Shown piece after piece: positions 58,058 to 64,000 of a stretch of DNA of 64,000 bases. The DNA is from an uncultured Candidatus Saccharimonadales bacterium. GTDB lineage: Bacteria; Patescibacteriota; Saccharimonadia; UBA4664. A model generated the notes under the pieces. The model saw only the letters and a list, made by a program, of their open reading frames with translations, did not search any database and had not been told where the DNA came from. Numbering within the stretch: position 1 is the first letter of the stretch; the number at the start of each line of letters is the position of its first letter. The stretch spans positions 3,184 through 67,183 of the forward strand of contig CAZSRA010000006.1 in the NCBI GenBank assembly GCA_964609585.1, written 5' to 3'. Both the position numbers and the translations under genes were made by a program.

Positions 58058-59143
58058 ATGAGGATTAATGAGCTTGAATTAACAAATTTTCGGTCGTATG
58101 AGTCGGCGCGATTTGAGCTGCATCCGGATGTGACGATTGTGGTGGGGCCGAATGCGAGCGGTAAAACGAATTTGCTTGAAAGTCTGTACGTGTTGGCCTC
58201 GACAAAAAGCTTCCGAGCCAAGGATCGGGACTTGGTTCGGCATGACCGGGACTTTTTTCGGGTGGTGGCGCGGACGGATGAGCGCGAATATGCCTTTGGT
58301 TTGAGCGTGGCTACGGGCGCGATGGAGAAGCGGATTACGCATGATGGGGTGAGGCGCACCTTGGTGGGGCACATTGGGCAGATTCAGGTGACACTGTTTG
58401 AGCCGAGCGACCTGGAGCTGGTAAGTGGCTCCCCTGAGGGGCGCCGGCGATATTTGGACTTTATACTGTGCCAGACGGATAGAGGATACTTGAAAACACT
58501 GCAGCAATACCGGCGAGTGCTCAAGCAGCGGAATGCTCTTCTGGACGGGTTCGATATGGAGCGGATTCGTGAGCAGATTTTTGCCTGGGACGTGAAGTTG
58601 GCGGAACTGGCGTGTGAGGTATACGGGCGGCGACAGGTGTTGCTCGGAGTTTTGAACAAGGCTATTCCCCTACTTTACGGGGAGATTGCTGGTGGGCATG
58701 TGGGGGTGGAACTAGAGTATATGCCGAGTGTGGCCGGTGAATATGCGCAGGGGTTTTTGGAAACCTTGGCTCGCAATCTAACCCGGGATTTGGCAGCGGG
58801 ATTTACGACGATTGGGCCGCATCGTGAGGATTTTCGGGTGCGGTTTAAAAATAATGACATTACGGCGGTGGCCTCGCGAGGCGAGGTGCGGACGGTGGTG
58901 CTAGCGTGTAAGCTGGCTGAGCTGGAGTATGCTGAGGCGCAAACGGGGGTGCGGCCGATTTTACTCCTTGACGATGTGTTTAGTGAGCTCGACCGAGAGC
59001 GGCGAAGCTTTTTGCTGAATAGGTTGAGGGACCATCAGACGATTATTACTACCACGGATGCGGATGCGATAACGCGAGAATTTCAGACGCCGCACGCGAT
59101 TATTTCAACCGCCGGATTGATGGCGGGTGGAGTGGTGGGTTGA
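58058..59143 (+). CDS. recF: DNA replication and repair protein RecF
   Basis: MRINELELTNFRSY, Walker A GPNASGKTN, signature region and Walker B LLLDDVFSELD. Confidence 0.9.
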   Translation: MRINELELTNFRSYESARFELHPDVTIVVGPNASGKTNLLESLYVLASTKSFRAKDRDLVRHDRDFFRVVARTDEREYAFGLSVATGAMEKRITHDGVRRTLVGHIGQIQVTLFEPSDLELVSGSPEGRRRYLDFILCQTDRGYLKTLQQYRRVLKQRNALLDGFDMERIREQIFAWDVKLAELACEVYGRRQVLLGVLNKAIPLLYGEIAGGHVGVELEYMPSVAGEYAQGFLETLARNLTRDLAAGFTTIGPHREDFRVRFKNNDITAVASRGEVRTVVLACKLAELEYAEAQTGVRPILLLDDVFSELDRERRSFLLNRLRDHQTIITTTDADAITREFQTPHAIISTAGLMAGGVVG

Positions 59144-59400
59144 TGGAGGATTATTTTGCAAAGAAGCGGGCGGAGCTGGGTATGGACCGGGTGGACGTTT
59201 TGGTGCGCATTCAGACGGTGCTCGACGAATGGTATCCGGACCGAGTGCGGGCACGGCAGTTACACCGGGGGGTGCTGTATTTGGTGACCTCGAGTGCAGC
59301 AGTGGCGGGGGCTTTGCGTATGCGACAAATTGAGCTCGTGGAGGGGTGTGAGTTGGGCGAGGTGAGGGTGGCTATTTCGGTGGGCTCGCTAAGTAAGTGA
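59140..59400 (+). CDS. DUF721-family small protein (recF-associated)
   Basis: 86 aa, ATGA overlap with recF. The pattern ...VLDEWYPDRVRARQLHRGVLYLVTSSAAVAGALRMRQIEL... is typical of DUF721 proteins encoded after recF. Confidence 0.55.
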   Translation: MMEDYFAKKRAELGMDRVDVLVRIQTVLDEWYPDRVRARQLHRGVLYLVTSSAAVAGALRMRQIELVEGCELGEVRVAISVGSLSK

Positions 59401-59404
59401 TGAG

Positions 59405-60178
59405 TTAATCGGATGGTCCGTCGGCGCTGGGTGACGAGCTCGGTTTTGTTGCCGGTATGGTGAGGTCTGCGTCTCCGGTATTGGGATTGGGCGTGAAGAT
59501 AATGGTGTATTTGGCCGGATCGGCTTTGAGGCTGGTGATGTAGTCCAGGGCGGCTTGCTGTTGCTGTTTGTATTTTGCTAGATTTTCAGCGAGGGTGTGT
59601 GGGCCGGTGACTATGCCGAAAAGGGTTACGCCAACTTCTGGTTGACCGTCTATGGGGACGATTTCCATGTGGAAGTCGAGGCTGTCGTACGGCAAGGAGC
59701 CAAGGAAGGGGTCGGTTTGTTTTAAGCTATCGGTTTTGGCGGCTAGGCGTTTTTTGACGTCGGCCGGAAGGCTGTCGGGGTCGGTGTAGATGGGGGTGAA
59801 TGAGATGTGGGTGTTTCCGATTTTTTTACCCTGCTGATCAGTGACGTTCGCGAGGGTGGCGGTATATTGTTTGGTGGTTTGAAGGGTGAGATTGGGAGTA
59901 AATGTGATGGTATTGCCCGAGACGGTGGTTTGTCCTGGGGAGGAGGGGTCGAGGGTGATTTGATTGGTGTCGCCCTTGGAAGCCATCATGGGGCGATTGA
60001 AGGTGAAGCTTATAGACGTGAATTGGTTGGTTTGTCCGCCGTCTTTAGGGTCCGTTTTGACGAGTCGGAGCGAGGAGGATTGCCATAGGAGTGAGATGCC
60101 GATGAGCATAATGGCGGCAATTCCGGCGGCGATCAACAGCGGGCGTCTTTGACTATTCATGGCTACATTCTCCCCCAT
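59405..60178 (-). CDS. membrane-anchored secreted protein of unknown function
   Basis: TM helix RRPLLIAAGIAAIMLIGISLLW, then a beta-rich domain. 16 nt overlap with the upstream CHAP gene suggests an operon. Confidence 0.35.
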   Translation of the reverse strand: MGENVAMNSQRRPLLIAAGIAAIMLIGISLLWQSSSLRLVKTDPKDGGQTNQFTSISFTFNRPMMASKGDTNQITLDPSSPGQTTVSGNTITFTPNLTLQTTKQYTATLANVTDQQGKKIGNTHISFTPIYTDPDSLPADVKKRLAAKTDSLKQTDPFLGSLPYDSLDFHMEIVPIDGQPEVGVTLFGIVTGPHTLAENLAKYKQQQQAALDYITSLKADPAKYTIIFTPNPNTGDADLTIPATKPSSSPSADGPSD

Positions 60179-61452
60179 CCCAGGACTACTGAGTCTGTTT
60201 TGTAATTGTAATTCTCTCGTCTGATGGCGCCAGGATTCCCAGCGTTGCCCTCGATCGTAGTGATGGCTCCGGTGGTTGGATTGACGGTTTCAACGATCCC
60301 GACGTGATCTCCGTTATTGGGGTCGACCGTTGACGCGCCACTCCAATTAAAGAAGATAGCATCTCCTGGTTGAGGTGGTGTTGATGACGGCGTGGGGCGA
60401 TTTGGGAAGAAGTGGGTTGGACCGAGGTTCTGGAAAAAGCTGATCATGGTGGGCACGTAGCCGATCTTTACGGGTTTAAACGGTGTTCCGGCGGTCTTGT
60501 AAACCCAACTTACAAAATCGGCGCACCATTCTTCGTCGATGCCGCCTGTGTAGATTTTGATTTGGGCATCGGGGGTTGTTATAGTCTGCTTCGGCTTGCC
60601 GTTTACTGTGGTGTTTACTGTGACGTCTTTAGCAAACTCAGCATCGGCTGTGGCGACAATACTGCCCGAACCGGCGGTTGGTAATGGCGAGCATACGCCG
60701 AAGGTGGTGGTAGTGGAGGAGGTAACGGAGCCGGCGTAGGGGCCTGGCTGAGCGTTTTGATCCGGGGCCCAGGAATAAAGCAGGTCATCGCCCGAGCCGT
60801 CTTGCATGCGCTGTGAATAGCCGAGGTATTTTGCGGCTACGGGCGGGAAGCCGGATACGCGCCCTTTGTAGGCTGCTGGGGTGCCGTCCTGGGGGTTGGC
60901 CCAACCTTGTTTTGGGGTGTTATTTCCGTTTGAGTCGACGCCGGTCCAGGGGGCTGGGCCCGCTTCCATGACGACGGCGATGATGCTTTTTCCGGTCTTG
61001 GGGTCGGTAACGAGTACGCGCGGGGCTTGACTGTAGAAGGTAACGTCTTCTGAGCCTTTGCCCCCGGAGGTTCCGTCCCAGTTCCAGAGTGAGTATCGCC
61101 AACGCATGGTGATGTAGTAGTCGCGGAAGTTTTGACCGAGCTTGGCGTTTTGCCAAAACGAAACCTGCTGGCCGGTGCTGGGTACTTGTCCTTGGGCGTT
61201 GATGGATTCTTCGAAACCGGCGCCGCCGTGGGTGGCGGGGAGGGTGTGGCCGGCGACGGTGGCGGGGCCGTTGCTTGAGGTGGAGCTTTGGCCGGCGCAC
61301 TGGGTGGAGTAGTCTTTGGCGTCGTACAAGACGGTATCATTGATGGCGGCTTTGAGGTCGTGATTGACGGCGGCCATGACTGGGAGGGTTTGACCCAATG
61401 AGAGGATGGTGATGGCGACAAATTGGAGAATCTTTTTCATGCTTGCACTCAT
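60163..61452 (-). CDS. secreted CHAP-domain peptidoglycan hydrolase
   Basis: Signal peptide MKKILQFVAITILSLGQTLPVMA. C-terminal CHAP catalytic pair: Cys in EEWCADFVSWVYK, His in NNGDHVGIVE. About 300 aa N-terminal domain of unknown type. Confidence 0.65.
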   Translation of the reverse strand: MSASMKKILQFVAITILSLGQTLPVMAAVNHDLKAAINDTVLYDAKDYSTQCAGQSSTSSNGPATVAGHTLPATHGGAGFEESINAQGQVPSTGQQVSFWQNAKLGQNFRDYYITMRWRYSLWNWDGTSGGKGSEDVTFYSQAPRVLVTDPKTGKSIIAVVMEAGPAPWTGVDSNGNNTPKQGWANPQDGTPAAYKGRVSGFPPVAAKYLGYSQRMQDGSGDDLLYSWAPDQNAQPGPYAGSVTSSTTTTFGVCSPLPTAGSGSIVATADAEFAKDVTVNTTVNGKPKQTITTPDAQIKIYTGGIDEEWCADFVSWVYKTAGTPFKPVKIGYVPTMISFFQNLGPTHFFPNRPTPSSTPPQPGDAIFFNWSGASTVDPNNGDHVGIVETVNPTTGAITTIEGNAGNPGAIRRENYNYKTDSVVLGWGRM

Positions 61453-64000
61453 TTATTTACAGAAGGCAGCTGCCCAATTGGGGTAGGGGCGCCCTACGGA
61501 GGCATTGCGATCGGTGGCGGTACCTATGAGGCCGCTGAGGCCATCGAAGTAATTCTGGACTTGAGCGGCGGCGGATGACGATAATTGCTTGTCGCCGATG
61601 GCAATGGCGTGGATATGGGGCGAGAAGCCTTCGTCGGGGTAGCGCTCCCAGGCGGCGAAGCCGGCGAGCCTGAGCGCCTTGACGACATTGAGGCGCTGGG
61701 CGTCGTTGAGGGAGTTTATGCCGACATCCAGGGCGCCGCCTCCATCGTGGGTTCCGCCACTGGCGGCGACTCCACCTGGATTATAACCGAGCTGGACGAG
61801 GGTTAAGGGGGTGGGGACGCCCATTTGCTTGGCGTAGGTTTCGGCTGTGAGGAGCATGGATAAAGTGCGCTTGTTGATGGATCCGGATGCGCCGCGGTAG
61901 TTGGCGATTTTGGTGTAATCATCTGGTGGGGCGGTAGCTCCGGCAATGCTGCCGGGGGCCGGAACTTGGCACTTTGATCCCGGAGGTGCGGTTGATGGGG
62001 GTGGCGTGGGGGTGGTAGTGGTGCCTGGGGGCGTATCGCTGCACGGTCCCGGTGTACCGTTGCCGCCGAGGCCACCATCATCATCGGTAGAGGTGCCGGC
62101 GCACAGAGCTTGAGCGGCCGCTACATCGAGTAGACAGGGATTGGCTGCGTTGGGGTCGGTAATGACGGGGCAATCATATTGATCAAGGTGACCGTCGGGG
62201 CCGGTGAGCTTGCCGTCGGGGCCGGGAGGGCCTGCGATGTCGACAGTTGGCAGGGTTAGATCGGGGTTGGCGAGTACGCTTTCCGGTAAGCCTGTTTGCT
62301 GGACACCGTTTGGTTCAATTACCGGAGCTGCTGCAGCATGAGCTCCGGGGAAGATAGAGGTAAAAGTGTTGGCGAAGAGGTGGATGGGATTTGAGATCAT
62401 GGCTATGGCGGTGGTGCCAATGTTGGCGACGGCAGCTCCGGGTGTGCTCGGCATAAGGGTAAGCATTTGTGAGCCGAAGGATTCTGGGTAGTCGGTGTTT
62501 GTGAGGGCTGCTATGGGGTTCAGTCGGCTGAGCTCGGCTCGATGTTCGTTAGCTAGGGCGAGATTCTCGTTGTAGGCAACTGAATAGGGAATGTTTTGAC
62601 AGCCAAGTACATCTCTGCACATTGTGTTGCCGATAACATCCCAGCCGGCATCCAAGATATTGCCGAGATCGGCGCCAACTTCGCGGCCCGAGACAACGGG
62701 CGTCCAGATGAGATTAACCATTGTGCCGAGAGAGCTTGAGACCGATGCGATGATATCGACCGAATGGCCGACGAAGACGCCGGCGGCAGCATCTAAGGTT
62801 GATAAAGCGGCGGATGCCAGGCTACTAAGGGCGTCGCCGGCGACCCAACTAATGAGGCCGCTGATGCCATTAAGCACGGGGCGGATTGCGCAAAGAATTG
62901 TATGTGCAAATGTGGGTGGGGCCCCCATGAGTACTCGATAATAATATGTCCAATAGTCTGTGCTGGAGGCGGTGCTACTGGGCGGCGGGTCCCCGGCGTG
63001 ATCTGCAAACCAGGTGACGCCACAATTACCAGAACCAGCGTCGGAAATACTGGGTCCGGTATCGCTACCCACTCGATTTTCTTTGGCTAGTTTGACGCCA
63101 CCGTTGTCGTTTTTGAATAGAATTCTTTGAACTGCATTTGAGTTTTCGACACCATTGAGCATCGTCATTATTTTGTTGATCTGGGTGCCCTCAAGTTGCC
63201 CCGCTTTGTATTGATCGGCCAAACTCGACCACGTGGCCGCGGCTGCCGCATATTGGGCGCTATGCAGCGCGACGGCTATTTGGCTCAGTCTGCCGCTCCA
63301 CAGGAAGTTGTCGATATCGGCGGCAAGGGATAACCAGCCAACGATGGGTACGGCTTTAATTATGCCATCGGTGATGACTTTGCCGAAAATTGCCTCCATT
63401 CCCTTCCTGATGGTTGCACCTGAAGCTTTTTTTAGCTCGTCATAAGAGGCCTTGATGCCATCTTTTGCCGTGGTGGCGGCTTCGGTTTCGCCGGCGGCAG
63501 CATCACCGGTGCGAGAGGGGTCGGGTACGGGAGGGTGCTGTTCCGAGATGCCATCGGTTGCTCGTTTTGAGGGGTCTTCGCAGTTGTCGGCAAGAACGCA
63601 GTCGACTGCAGAGACTGTGTCCGCAGATGGTGGGTCAATTTCGCTGGCTTGAATAGCGGCCTCGGTAGAGGTAGGCCCGCCTGGATTGGAGGCATCTTTT
63701 GTGTCTTTTTGTTTGGGGATGGACCATCTATGAATATTGAAGGCATTTTGAAGGTATTTGCGCATGTGGCGGCGCTTGAGGAATTGGATGGGGCGGTATG
63801 TGCTATTTACCACGTCCTTTACGGCAAGCCTAGCGGCCCGCCCCTTTAGGTCGGTATCGAGAAGATTCATGAGTTTTGGGTAGCTATCGGCGTCGAGCTT
63901 TGATCCATCGGCGAGGGTAAATCGAATGCTTCGTGGGCCGGTTTTCTCGATTTTGATGCCTTTCTCGGTTAGGAGTTTGTCTTCGAACTTGTTGATTTGC
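61453..64000 (-). CDS. very large secreted protein with C-terminal LAS/M15-like zinc peptidase domain (N-terminus beyond window)
   Basis: The frame stays open from 63870 to the window end (..QINKFEDKLLTEKGIKIEKTGPRSIRFTLADGSKLDADSYPKL MNLL..), so the 805 aa track ORF is probably 5'-truncated. Pro/Thr linker PPGTTTTPTPPPSTAPPGS. C-terminal H-x6-D (GGTHDGGGALDVGI) and H-x-H (EGFSPHIHAIAIGD) zinc motifs resemble VanY/M15-type D,D-peptidases. Confidence 0.5.
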   Translation of the reverse strand, partial: QINKFEDKLLTEKGIKIEKTGPRSIRFTLADGSKLDADSYPKLMNLLDTDLKGRAARLAVKDVVNSTYRPIQFLKRRHMRKYLQNAFNIHRWSIPKQKDTKDASNPGGPTSTEAAIQASEIDPPSADTVSAVDCVLADNCEDPSKRATDGISEQHPPVPDPSRTGDAAAGETEAATTAKDGIKASYDELKKASGATIRKGMEAIFGKVITDGIIKAVPIVGWLSLAADIDNFLWSGRLSQIAVALHSAQYAAAAATWSSLADQYKAGQLEGTQINKIMTMLNGVENSNAVQRILFKNDNGGVKLAKENRVGSDTGPSISDAGSGNCGVTWFADHAGDPPPSSTASSTDYWTYYYRVLMGAPPTFAHTILCAIRPVLNGISGLISWVAGDALSSLASAALSTLDAAAGVFVGHSVDIIASVSSSLGTMVNLIWTPVVSGREVGADLGNILDAGWDVIGNTMCRDVLGCQNIPYSVAYNENLALANEHRAELSRLNPIAALTNTDYPESFGSQMLTLMPSTPGAAVANIGTTAIAMISNPIHLFANTFTSIFPGAHAAAAPVIEPNGVQQTGLPESVLANPDLTLPTVDIAGPPGPDGKLTGPDGHLDQYDCPVITDPNAANPCLLDVAAAQALCAGTSTDDDGGLGGNGTPGPCSDTPPGTTTTPTPPPSTAPPGSKCQVPAPGSIAGATAPPDDYTKIANYRGASGSINKRTLSMLLTAETYAKQMGVPTPLTLVQLGYNPGGVAASGGTHDGGGALDVGINSLNDAQRLNVVKALRLAGFAAWERYPDEGFSPHIHAIAIGDKQLSSSAAAQVQNYFDGLSGLIGTATDRNASVGRPYPNWAAAFCK

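Overview
This 64 kb window is an origin-proximal chromosomal segment of a roughly 55-58% GC bacterium. Its gene order looks Gram-positive-like or candidate-phylum-like, but the lineage cannot be assigned from sequence alone. The window ends in a canonical replication-origin neighbourhood: jag-yidC-rnpA-rpmH on the minus strand, then dnaA, an oriC candidate with DnaA boxes and an AT-rich unwinding element, dnaN, recF and a DUF721 gene on the plus strand. Upstream lie an ABC transporter pair, membrane and secreted proteins, an APH-like kinase, a deaminase, a CNNM/CBS protein, RadC, a serine hydrolase, a LexA locus with a clear sigma70 promoter, and VanW. Two further calls rest on long conserved blocks shared with human ACLY: a two-subunit ATP-citrate-lyase-like pair (aclB/aclA), and glmS. 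The middle of the window is a large cell-envelope glycan region. It contains manC, a complete rfbBCDA dTDP-rhamnose operon, a roughly 900 aa secreted parallel beta-helix protein, a GT2/GtrA pair, an amino-sugar modification operon (DegT aminotransferase, Gfo/Idh/MocA oxidoreductase, ATP-grasp ligase, epimerase, HAD phosphatase), three very large polytopic membrane proteins, a SAM methyltransferase with a coiled-coil tail, Wzm/Wzt ABC exporter genes and several GT2/GT4 glycosyltransferases. Much of this region has lower GC (about 42-50%). The best candidates for something new are as follows. First, a small low-GC islet between aclA and glmS encodes an ImmA/IrrE-type HEXXH metallopeptidase tightly coupled to a coiled-coil two-TM protein, with no HTH partner. 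Second, a minus-strand operon just past recF encodes a giant secreted protein with a LAS/M15-like zinc peptidase C-terminus, a CHAP-domain hydrolase and a further secreted protein. Third, an unnamed roughly 55-60 aa repeat is shared by two large secreted proteins. No CRISPR array, rRNA or intact tRNA was seen.
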